The translations under genes and the position numbers were made by a program. The notes under the pieces were generated by a model that saw only the letters and a program-made list of their open reading frames with translations, did not search any database and was not told the origin of the DNA. Shown here in pieces: positions 23,596-35,226 of a stretch of DNA of 64,000 bases. The DNA comes from Squalus acanthias. Lineage: Eukaryota. Position 1 is the stretch's first letter. Every line of letters starts with the position of its first letter. The stretch is from positions 89,406,001 to 89,470,000 of the forward strand of contig CM059432.1 in NCBI GenBank assembly GCA_030390025.1, read 5' to 3'.

Positions 23596-26365
23596 TTATG
23601 TTTTGAAAATAAGGCATTAAGTTCCTTCTGCGCTGTGTGCACATTACTGTTGAAAGGTATTCTAATATGGTTCACTGCATTTATTAGTTTTGTTTTTTAA
23701 TAGTAAAACATACTAATTGACAAGCAATAAAACAAATACAGTAATATTTAATTAAAATAGCAAACTACTTGCTGATAGACAGAGTGAACCTCTACAGTAC
23801 TACTGTTGGATCTTGTATCTGTTAGACTGCCAACAGAACTGCAAAAATATTACATGTGCGGTGTGAATGTGTTTTCAAAAACAAATTCTGCAAAGTATGC
23901 CCTCTGTATATTTAAACAGGCTTTGTATCTATTTCTGCCTTGGATTTTAGAGACCCATTTGCCATTATTTGTATTTTCCATTTTAGAGCTTTCTTAGCTC
24001 TAGACTCTGATCTACGTTACCTTGGCAACGATTACAATTTTCCAGAGGAATTGTTTTATTCAAATCTTTTTTTTCTTCTACTTTAATGCACTAAAGCATA
24101 CAAAACTATATAAATATGCAATAAACAAAGGATCACACAAAGCACTGTGGGATAGGTATATTATTTCACACGTGGAAAAGCTCTATATAACTTGCTGTGT
24201 GTCTGTTGCTCTTTGAGAGTTATTGTTCTTCCTCAGTGCTGAAAACAGTATCTGCTTTTACATTCATAGAGATAATTATGCCCCAGGGGTTATGGGTGTG
24301 AGTGTAAATACTGCATAGTAGAGTTCTCTTTTGTATGCCATGCCACAAAATGTCAGCAACTCTTATTTATTAATTATACTCCTGTGCTAAATTCTCTTAA
24401 CTTTAGAAAATGAAGCAATACTAGGAGCCAGCTCTCTGAATGCATCAGCCTTGCCTTTGTGATGTGAGGGAACAATTGGCATTCATGAAAGACTATTGCA
24501 CTAAAATATGATGCATCACTGACCGATGAGACAGAGCGGTGACTTCTTCTGATTTCTTTAATGTATTCTGCATTATTGTTGATATATTCTGCAATTATCT
24601 TCAAAAAAGAAACCTCAGGACTGATTTTGCTTGGGTAAAATATGTTGCAGTATTACAGAGGCTTGTAACAAATGAGACTTGCACCTCTAATGGAGATTCT
24701 TTTGCCCTTGCTGCACACTCATCACAGTAATAACTGTCATTAGACTTCATTACTTGTACTGCATTGATAAAATGATTTTATATGATTGCTGACTATATGC
24801 TGACTTAAATCCTTTGTCTTTGAATTGACAATGACTGAAGATAGTTCTAGTTAGGTGAAAAGGTGCCTTATTTTAATTCTTTCTCTCAATTGTGGCACAG
24901 AAAGTAATTAAACAACTATTTCTTTGCACTTAGATTAGAGAGATGGCACTGATCCAGAATTACTTTTTCTCTTTGCACACAGTAACAGCTTTCCTATAGC
25001 TTAGCTCAAGGTTACTAATTGACTTTTGGCTGGAGGTGACAATTCCAAGCAGTGACTTGCTGGAGGAATGCCCGAACAGACTTATTTTTATTCATACCAT
25101 ATAGGGTACATTTTCATCTTTAATGCTCATGGGGCAGAGCTTTGCGTTGAATATCAGGAATTCACCTTTATTTTGCCTTCACCACCGAGGCAGTAATCTG
25201 TCAGAGTGGATCACACACCCTTTATAGACTCAGCTGATTGAAATCAATGGAATGAAAATCAGGCGGGTTCTATAAAGAGCCAGATTACCACCCCTGCACT
25301 CCTGATGCACAAAACCTCATCTGGGAACACTAAAAATGAAGGTTTAACCCTCTGTTCTGTGTGTATATATACATAGTTAAAAAGAAAATACCAACAGAAA
25401 TTCAAAAGCATCAAATCATGAACACAAATAATTTTTACTTAAGCATTGCATACAATACAAGGAATATATGTAACCCATTTTCTGAACTAGATTGTTAGCG
25501 TCCCTTTCCACCAGCTAGTTTTCGAAAGTTAGGTTAGAGATCAAATACTACAAGTCTCATCAGCCCTGTACTATGCACCTTCTCCACCCAAGTGCTAAGC
25601 GGTCAGCCAGGTTACCTGACTACACAGAGTAGTATTTCAGCTACCTGCTCCAGAAGTAGTAAGCTCCACAACAACCCATGCCTTTTCAGTCCTCAGTCCT
25701 AATCAGAAGCATTGGAACAACCAGCAATGGTTAGGAACTGAATTTGTCAGTCTCAGATGCCTTCTGTTGGGCTCAACAATTGTAAAAGTAGCTGAGCAGC
25801 ATGTGAAAGTATGGAGCCACTTGCTCTGTGGAGACTCCAGCTTATGGTTTCCAATCTGTCTTAAGGTGAGTAGTACAAGATGACTAAAGGAAGCAAAATA
25901 CCTTCAGGGAAAAAATGCATACATAGTCCTGCCTAGGCATATTGCACATGAAATAATATATTTTTTAAAACCATTCTTTTCCTTCAACTAGTATTGAATC
26001 ATGGATGATTTTTTACTGTGGAATTATATTCATTGGAAACTAGATTATAACAAAAGCTCAATCCTTTTATGACCTTTTATAGCTGGAATGAAGATTGTCA
26101 TGGGGTTATTTTGGCCAAAGGGTGATAACAGGCACTAAATGGGTGCAGTGCTAATAAGAAACGCCGATTTGAAAGTCCAGATTTAGCATGCAATTTTTGT
26201 GTTAATTGATGATTATCATGATTTGAACGTGCCTGCAGGCGCTATCCAGAAACCTGCAGTTTTAGCACTCAAGTGGTGATTAGACACAATTTTCGTAGAG
26301 TTGTATTTGTGGGCTCCTCGCACCCACTTCCACTGAAGGTGTGGAGTGTGATGGCTGGGAGTGGA

Positions 26366-28150
26366 ATGATGCCTCGAGGAGCAAGAGAGAGGGCACCCAG
26401 GTTGTCTGATGTGGCACTGGAGGTCCTGGTGGAGGAAGTAGAGAGGAGGAGGAATGTCATCTACCTGCAGGAGGGGAAGGAGGACACAGAAGCAGCTGAT
26501 GCGCCGCATTTCTGACGAGATCGCCCAAGAGCCCTGGCCACAGGACATGGCTCCAGTGCCGCAAGAACTTTAATGACTTAACACGAGTGGTCAAGGTAAG
26601 ATCCCATCTCATGAACACACTTATCAATAAGTGCACCACCATCACCAGCATCACAACCTCACACAGTTCATCCACCATCTAACTATACATTGACATTCAC
26701 ACACCCCACACTATTGCATTCTTCATAGGCAATACTCACACCTCAGACACATCTTACAGCTCTTCAACCATGTGAGGTATCGCACACAAATACAGCTGCC
26801 AATACACTCATTTACAATCACCAATCTTTCTCTTCCAGGCACAATTAGCACATGAAGCATAATATCACTCCGGTTGAGGAGGCAATGCTGGCCGTGATCG
26901 GGAGGGGAGTGGCAGACCCCGTGGCCAGAGGCAGAGCAGGGGGCACCTCGCCTAGAGGTATGTGGTGACTGCAGCTTCCTTGTAGATGCTCAACTATTCC
27001 TGATCCCTAATCGCCCAAAGCTATCCTCACTCCCAACCTCCATATGGTCTCATCACACACATCCTCCTATAGTGACCGCATGCGCTGCACCCTAACACTT
27101 CCAGCTTTATCAATGCAGGCTCCCAGGAGCAAGATGCACCTCACCCCATGGAGCAGGTTCAGGAAGAGAAACAGCCACTTTGCCCCCCGGAGGAAGAAGA
27201 AGAGGTGGAGGAGGAAGAACAATGTGCTGCGTCAATAGCTACCACTGTCGCAGCACCAGCTCAGCACCACACGCAAGGTAGAGGCTAGCTTAGAAGAGGA
27301 ATCCTCACCATGGTACGTACCGGGCACTTGTGGGCAGCAGCCAAGCAGGGTGGAAGGGACACCACAGGTGCCACCTTTCCGGGGACAAAGCTGCATACTA
27401 GTTCTGCTGCAGAGGAGTCAGATGAGGACTTCGCAGGGTCAAGCTTCACAAGGAAGCTGATGGGTGCAACAAACCAAGAGCTTTGTGCAATGGAGAGCCT
27501 GCCTGAAAGCCTACGGGTCATGTCTAGGGGGATGGAGGAGTCCACCTCCACCTTGGTCCGTGCCTGGATGCAGAGCCTGGAACACATCATCTCCAGTGTG
27601 GAAAGGCTGGTGACTTCCAGCCAGCGACCTGTGGAGCACGACATCATGCAGCATCTGAGGACTGAGGTCACAGCTTCCATTTCAGTCATTGCAGCTTCAA
27701 TGGAATGCCAACAGCTGCAATGGAAGCTCAGGCAGCTGCCATGAAAGGGGCTTGTAGAGTGTCTCCAATAGCCAGAGATCTGTCCTCCAGCAGAATGAAC
27801 AGAAGCCCCGAGGTAGTGGTGTGGGAATCATGGATCAGGAACCTACTGGCCTCTCTCTGGATGGCAGCATTGCTGCTCTCTCCCCCACTACTGTACCATT
27901 GCCCTTGTCATTGCCTGTCAGCCAGGTGACCTAGACTGCTGAAGCCCGTGCTGAGATGGTGCAGTCTGAGGCAGGGCCATCATAGCTCACAGCCTCTCAA
28001 GGGTGTCCCAGGAGGACATCTGAACTTCCCTCTTCAGATTCTCAGCAGCCATCCACCTCGCCTGCTGCTGCCACTGGGGTTGCACTTTGTAGAAGCATCA
28101 GATTAGGCAAGCGCACTTATAGCCACTAAGGGTAAGCACCAGGGTGAATA
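26366..28150 (+). pseudogene. Harbinger Myb/SANT gene, copy B (decayed)
   Basis: ERAPRLSDVALEVLVEEVERRR...RTWLQCRKNFNDLTRVVK|gtaag; acceptors near 26838 and 27118; SAAEESDEDF. Confidence 0.75.
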
Positions 28151-28389
28151 GTTTAATATTTGTAAGTGATGTTTGTTCTGTCATGTTTACATATTTTGTT
28201 TTTGATGCATATAAACAGTGATGATGGTAATTGGGTAGTGATGGAATTGATGATTTTTAATATTGTGGGGAAGGGGCTGAAAGGATTGAGTGAAGATGAT
28301 GGACTGCCTGATGGTCTTAAGTTGAGAAAGGTACATCAAGTGGCCACAGTGCTCCAGAGTCTGATGGTGGAGCATGTCTCTCAAAAGTG

Positions 28390-29130
28390 CTGTTCAATTA
28401 GATGGTGCCGAGCATCCCTCCTAGGTGCGGCCTGTCTACCTGGAAGCCTCTGGTGCTCCCTCTGGTCCTGCTGGTCATCCTCCTCCTCCTCCTCCTCCTC
28501 CTGCTGTTGTGGCTCTTGAGCTTGACCCTCTGGCACAATTGCTGGCTGATCTCTCATTATCACCAGATTGTGGAACATGCATCAAATCACCATGAATGTG
28601 GACACCTTCTCGGCCGAGCACTGCAAGGCACCTCCTGACTGGTCAAGGACTTCAGGACCCCAATGGTCTGCTCAATGATATTCCTGGTGGCTGAGCCTCT
28701 CTCATTGTATGAGTGCTCAGCTGGTGTTTGGGGGTTTCTCAGGAGTGTCATGAGCTATGGCATCAGAGGGAATCCCATGTCGCCTAGTAGTCAGCCATGC
28801 ACATTGCGTTAGGGCTCAAAGATCTGTGGGACGAATGACTATCTCATTAGAAATGTCTTCCTTCCATGAGGCCACCGTTCTCTGTAATGATCTCCTTGGT
28901 AAAGCGCAGCCTCCTCATGCACTGGTCTTGGGTCATGTGAATGTAGGAGTACTGCTCTTTGAATATGCTGGATTGGATGGCAGCCTCCTTCTGAGAGCTC
29001 TCTTCGTCCCCCTGTCCCTCTGTCCTGCAGCAGCTGGTGCTAATCTGCCTGGCCTCATCTCCTGCTCCAAATCTTCATGCAGAACAAGGGGGACCCCTAT
29101 CAAGAAACCTATGACCAAATGGTAACCCTT
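28390..29130 (-). pseudogene. Harbinger transposase, copy B (internally deleted)
   Basis: C-terminal HN...poly-Glu...RHHLIEQHF, a TRNIIEQTIG-like segment, and the N-terminal RALRRR motif. Confidence 0.7.
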
Positions 29131-29310
29131 TCTCCTGGTGACTCCTGTAAGGTATCCAATAAGGTAGAGTAGCACAGCACTTACTCTTTTTAGGTGAAGT
29201 CCTGAGAGAATATCCGGGAAAAACTTTGATAGAGTGTTCGTGAAGTATTGACAAAGTGTCTCAGAAAGTCTCCCGATGTGTCTCAAAAGTTCTCTTCAAG
29301 CGCAGTCTAG

Positions 29311-31179
29311 TCATAGAATCATAGAATGGTTACAGCACGGAAGAAGGCCTTTCGACCCATTGAGCCCATGCTGGCTCTCTGCAAGAGCACTTCAGCTAGT
29401 CCCACTCCCCCGCCCTTTCCCCGTAGCCTGGCAATTTTTTTTCCTTCAGGTACTTAACCAACTCCCTTTTGAAAGCAGTGATTGAGTCTGCCTCCACCAC
29501 CCTTTCAGGTATTGCATTCCAGATCCTAACCACTTGCTGAGTAAAAAAGTTTTTCCTCATGTTGCCTTTGGTTCTGCTGCTAATCACCTTAAATCTGTGT
29601 TCTCTGGTTCTCGAACCTTCTGCCACGGGAACAGTTTCTCTCTATCTACTCTGTCCAGACCCCTCATGATTTTGAACACCTCTATCAAGTCTCCTCTCAA
29701 TCTTCTCTGCTCTAAGGAGAACAATCCCAGCTTCTCCAGTCTATCCGCATAACTGAAGTCCCACATCCCTGGAATCATTCTCGTAAATCTTTTCTGCACC
29801 CTCTCTAAGGCCTTCACATCCTTCCTAAAGTGCGGTGCCCAGAATTGGACACAGTTGAGGCCCAACCAGTGTTTTATACAGGTTCATCATAACTTCCTTG
29901 CTTTTGTACTCTATACCTCTATTTATGAAGCCCAGGATCCCGTAAACTTTTTTAACTGCTTTCTCAACCTGCCCTGCCACCTTCAACAATTTGTGCACAC
30001 ATACCCCAGGTCTCACTGTTCATGCACCCCCTTTAGGATTGTACCCTTTAGTTTATATTTCCTCTCTTCATTTTTTCTACCAAAATCTATCACTTCACTC
30101 TTTTCTGCGTTAAATTTCATCTGCCACGTGTCCGCCTATTCCACCAGCCTGTCTATGTCCTCTTGAAGTCTATCACTCTCTCCTCACTGTTCACTATACT
30201 TCCAAGTTTTTTGTCATCTGCAAATTTTGAAATTGTGCCCTGTACACCCACATCCAAGTCATTAATATATATCACGAAAAGCAGTTGTCCTAGAACTGAC
30301 CCCTGGGGAACACCACTGTTTAACTTCCTCCAGTCCAAAAAACAACTGTTCACCACTACTCTGTTTCCTGTCACTTAACCAATTTCGTATCCATGCTGCC
30401 ACTGTCCCTTTTATTCCATGGGCTTCAACTTTGCTGGCAAGCCTATTATGTGGCACTTTGTCGAACGCCATGTACACCACATCAATCGCATTGCCCTTGT
30501 CAACCCTCTCTGTTCCCTCATCAAAAAACTCGATCAAGTTGGTTAAACACCATTTGCCTTTAACAATTCCTTAATTAATCCACACTTGTCCAAGTGACTG
30601 TTAATTTTGTCCCTAATTATTGTTTCTAAAAGCTTCCCCTCTACTGAGGTTAAACTGACTGGCCTGTAGTTGCTGGGTTTATCTTTACACCCTTTTTTGA
30701 ACAAGGGTGTAACATTTGCAATTCTCCAGTCCTCTAGCATCACCCCCATTTCTAAGGAGGATTGGAATAATATGGCCAGTACTTCCACGATTTCTTCCTT
30801 CACTTCCCTCAGCGTCCTAGGATGCATTCCATCTGGTCCTGATGACTTATCTACTTTAAGTACAGCCAGCCTTTCTGGTACCTCCTCTTTTTTTATCCCA
30901 TCCAGTATCTCCTCTACCCCCTCCTTCACTATGTCTATGGCAGCATCTTCTTTCTTGGTGAAGACAGATGCAAAGTACTCATTTAGCACCTCTGCCATAC
31001 CCTCTACCTCCATGCGCAGGTCTCCTTTCTGGCCCCAAATCAGCCCCACCCCTCCTCTTAATATCCGTTTACTATTTATATGCCTATAGAAGACTTTTGG
31101 ATTACCTTTTATGTTAGCTGCCATTCTATTCTCATACCCTCTCTTTGCCCCTCTTATTTTCTTTTTCACTTCTTCTCTG
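29311..31179 (-). mobile_element. CR1 LINE, 5'-truncated, nested in Harbinger B
   Basis: Same subfamily as 8413; RT motifs and (ATTCTATG)n tail. Confidence 0.95.
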
Positions 31180-34100
31180 TCATTCAATCTCCAGCAGCAA
31201 GTGAACAGTGAAAGCTGAGCATGGCTATAAGTAGTGCTCGCAATCCTCAGCAACGACTTGTTTACTCCTGTTCAGCTGGTCGCTGTTAGGAGAGGCCGTT
31301 AAATTAAGCATTATCCACCAAAATGCTGTGCAGCCTCTTTAATGAGTGCAAGCAGGTAAATTAATTGTCAAACAGCCCCTTAACAATACTTCGGGCGGCC
31401 GTTCCTAGCGCTGGCTTCAACTCCTTTACCAAGATGGCGTCTTGCGCTAAACACAGGCTAAACCGGCGTTACAGCTTAAGACCCCATCTTGGCCACTTCT
31501 TTACCTCTTTAGTGACTAAAGTATTCGGCCAAAATCACTCCCTCAGTCTCTGAGCTAGATTCAAATCTAGGCTCAAGAATTGAATGGCACAGATTTTCTC
31601 TTTTCTGCTTGGCCATAAAAGATAGCCTTGTTGGAGCATATGGAGGAAAGTCAGGCAGGGAGGTTACATGTCCACAAGGGAACCTGCCAAATATTATGCC
31701 CATTAATCCAGATGGAAAATTGGGAGAGATGTACAACGAGCGGCTGATTCAATATTGCTTGTTTTCCACGATCGCGCAAAGTCAAAATTGCCCCCATTGT
31801 GCATGTGTGAAATTCTACACATGTGCACTCTTAAGGTGTGGTTTGAGTGGGGAGGAGGTTAAAATAGGTGATGGAAAGCCTGATTTTCTTAGTCAAATTA
31901 GAAGTTTTCTAACCTTAGCACAGTAAAGGTCTAAACTGGATTGATTAGTTTATAAAGAATACATTTTTGTCAGAACTTGATCTGCAGCCATACTTTTTGT
32001 TGGGGAAATAACTTGTTCCAATATCTCCAGATAAGACACTTCCTCCTGTCACCAAGCTAGTGAGTGAGTTCAAGATCTTATAGCTTTCACACAACACTGC
32101 CATTAGTAAAGCTTTACTTTACATTCATATCACTGCACTTTGAGAGCACAATTTCAATCCAGAGCTCATGGAAAGGATATCTAGTATGTATTATTCCAGA
32201 GAAGAAATTATTGAGTGGCGGCTTGAATAGTAAAGTATTATTGACTCCTAAAAATACAAGTCAGTGGGGCGAAATTGGATTAGGACCGAAAACGGGAGCA
32301 GGGATGATGATGTGCAATCTGCCCATGCCCGTTGAAAGTAGTGCAAGCAGCATGCAAAATTCGTGATGATTGTAGCGCTGAGCCCAGCGCTAAACACTCT
32401 GCTGGTTGGCTCAGCACACAACAGGAGGCCCAATATCGGGTGTAGTCTGATTTCCAATTAAAGTTTGTCTGCAGAGTGAAAGGCTGTCTGCACTTCTTAA
32501 AGGGGAGGTGCTTTGTTGCTGAAGTACCTCATTGTCACTGTAGCTGCAGCAATGGCACAACAGGGGAGAGAAAGTGCACCTCGCTTCTCTGACGATGCAA
32601 TGGAGGCCTTGGTCCAGATGGTCTATAGAAGGACACAGGTCCTCTACCCGCAGGGGGGCAGGAGGCCTTTGAGTCACACCGTCAGAAGGCAGTGTGAGGA
32701 GATTGCGCAAGCCATCAGTGTCACGAGTGTTGCCGCCAGGACATGGATCCAGTGCCGGAAGAAGTTTAATGACCTCACACTAGTGGCAAGATGGGTAAAT
32801 GCATCATCAAATGCCATATCCCACCATCTGCACCACAAGTCTCACACACTGCTCAATGCACCACACCCCCATCACTCACCTACCAACAATCTCTAGCAAT
32901 CACCACTCATACTCACAATTATAGTTTCACCACACCCTCACATACTTACCACTGCTTCAAGCCTTATACCACCATCTCACACCTAGCACAGAATGTCAGC
33001 TATTCAACCATGACAGGCATGTCACCCAAGGACATTGCACCATACTCACTAACACACTTCCCTTTCTCTTGCAGGCTGAGGTCACTCACAACCAGTGTGA
33101 GCAGCAACAGACAGGTGGGGGCAAACACAGATGCACAACCTTACTACACTGGAGGAGACTGTGCTGGAGATAATTGGAGGGGCCCTCACTGAAGCCGTGG
33201 GGAGCGGAAAATCTCTTCTCACTTACAAGCGGCTGATGGTGTAAGTGTGCACATCTTGCTTTGCCCCGCTCCCATCACCACAACCCAACCCTTGTGCCTT
33301 TCTCCTTTCAGATAGTTGCAATAACAACAAATTGTATTTATCTAGAACCTTTAACATAGTAAAACATCCCAAGGTGCTTCACAGGAGCGTTAGAAAACAC
33401 AATTTGACACCGAGCCACATAAGGAGATATTAGGGCAGATGACCAAAAGCTTGGTCAAAGAGGTAGGTTTTAAGGAGTGCCTTAAAAGAGGAAAGAGAGG
33501 TAGAGAGGCAGAGAGGTTTAGGGAGGGAATTCCAGCGCTTAGGGCCATGGCAGCTGAAGGCACGGCCAACTACGGTTGAGCAATTAAAATCAGGGATGCT
33601 CAAGAGGCCAGAATTAGAGGAGCACAGTTATCTCGGAGGGTTGTGGGACTGGAGGAGATTACAGAGATAGGGAGGGGCGAGGCCATGGATGGATTTGAAA
33701 ATAATGATGAAAATTTTAAAATTGAGTTGTTACTTAACCAGGAGCCAATGTAGGTCAGTAAGCACAGTGGTGATGGGTGAATGGGACTTGGTGCGAGTTA
33801 AAACACAGGCAGCAGAGTTTTGGATGACCTCAAGTTTACATAGGGTTGAATGTGGGAGGCCAGCCAGGAGTGCATTGGAATAGTCAAGTCTAGAGGTAAC
33901 AAAGGCATGGATGAGGGTTTCAGCAGCAGATGAGCTGAGGCAGGGGCTGAATCAGGCAATTTTTCAGAGGTGGAAATAGGCGGTCTTAGTTATGGCGCGG
34001 ATATGTGGTCAGAAGCTCATTTCAGGGTCAAATATGACACCAAGGTTGCGAACAGTCTGGTTCAGCCTCAGACAGATGCTAGGGACAGGGATGGAGTCAG

Positions 34101-34723
34101 TGGCTAGGGAAGGGAGTTTCTGGCAGGGACCAAAGACAATGGCTTCGGTCTTCCCAATATTTAGTTGGAGGAAATTTCTGCTCATCCAGTACTAGATGTC
34201 GGACAAGCAGTCTGACAATTTAGAGACAGTGGAGGGGTCGAGAGAAGTGGTGGTGAGGTAGAGCTGAGTGTCATCAGCATACATGTGGAAACTGACGCTG
34301 TGTTTTCGGATGATGTCGCCAAGGGGCAGCATGTAGATGAGAAATCGGAGGGGGCCAAGGATAGATCCTTGGGGGACACCAGAGATAACGATGCGGGAGC
34401 GGGAGAGACGCCGTTGCAGGTGATTCTTTGACTATGATTAGATAGATAAGAATGGAACCAGGCGCGTGCAGTCCCACCCAGCTGGACGACATTGGAGAGG
34501 CGTTGGAGGAGGATGATGTAGTCAACCGTGTCAAAGGCTGCAGACAGGTCGAGAAGGACAAGGAGGGATAGTTTACCTTTGTCACAGTCACATGGGATGT
34601 CATTTATGACTTTGATAAGAGCCGTTTCGGTACTGTGGCAGGGGCAGAAACCTGATTGAAGGGATTCAAACATGGAGTTCCAGGAAAGATGGGCACGGAT
34701 TTGGGAGGCGACAACATGTTCAA

Positions 34724-35226
34724 ACGAAAGATGAGGTGCTGTTCCTCGAGCTTACGCTGAGCTTCCGTGGAACAGTGTAATAGGCCGAGGACGGTGAGGT
34801 CAGAGTGGGAGTGGAGCGGAGAATTAAAGTGACAGGCCACCGGGAGCTCGGGGTCCCCCTTACGGACTGAACGGAGGTGTTCCGCAAAGCGATCACCCAA
34901 TCTGCGTTTGGTCTCCCCAGTGTAGAGGAGACCACATCGTGAGCAGCGAATACAGTATACTAAATTGCAGGAAGTACAAGTAAATCGCTGTTTCACCTGG
35001 AAGGGGTGTTTGGGGCCCTGGACAGTGGGAAGAGGGGAGGTATAAGGGCATGTGTTGCATCTCCTGCGCTTGCACGGGAAGGTGCCGGGCGAAGGGGAAG
35101 CGGTGCTGGGGGTGGTGGAGGAGTGGACTAGGGTGTCGCGGAGGGAGTTCTGACGAAAGGTCTTCGACCTGAAACGTTAACTCTGTTTCTCTCTCCACGG
35201 ATGCTGCCTGGCCTGCTGAGTTTTTC
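34724..35226. mobile_element. Penelope-like insertion: inverted GIY-YIG fragment plus ribozyme-bearing terminal segment
   Basis: NLVYCIRCSRCGLLYTGETKRRLGDRFAEH on the - strand; 12-bp TSD CAACATGTTCAA (34712-23, 35227-38). Confidence 0.92.
35145..35183 (+). ncRNA. Minimal type I hammerhead ribozyme
   Basis: GAGTT-CTGACGA-a-AGGTC ttc GACCT-GAAA-CG-TT-AACTC: intact core, 5-bp stem II, stem I GAGTT/AACTC and a palindromic stem III. Confidence 0.8.

Larger units (their letters stand above)
26101..31542 (+). mobile_element. PIF/Harbinger transposon copy B with both TIRs
   Basis: TGGGGTTATTTTGGCC versus reverse complement GGGAGTGATTTTGGCC (13/16), flanked by TCA on both sides. Myb exons on +, transposase remnant on -, CR1 inserted inside. 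Confidence 0.8.
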
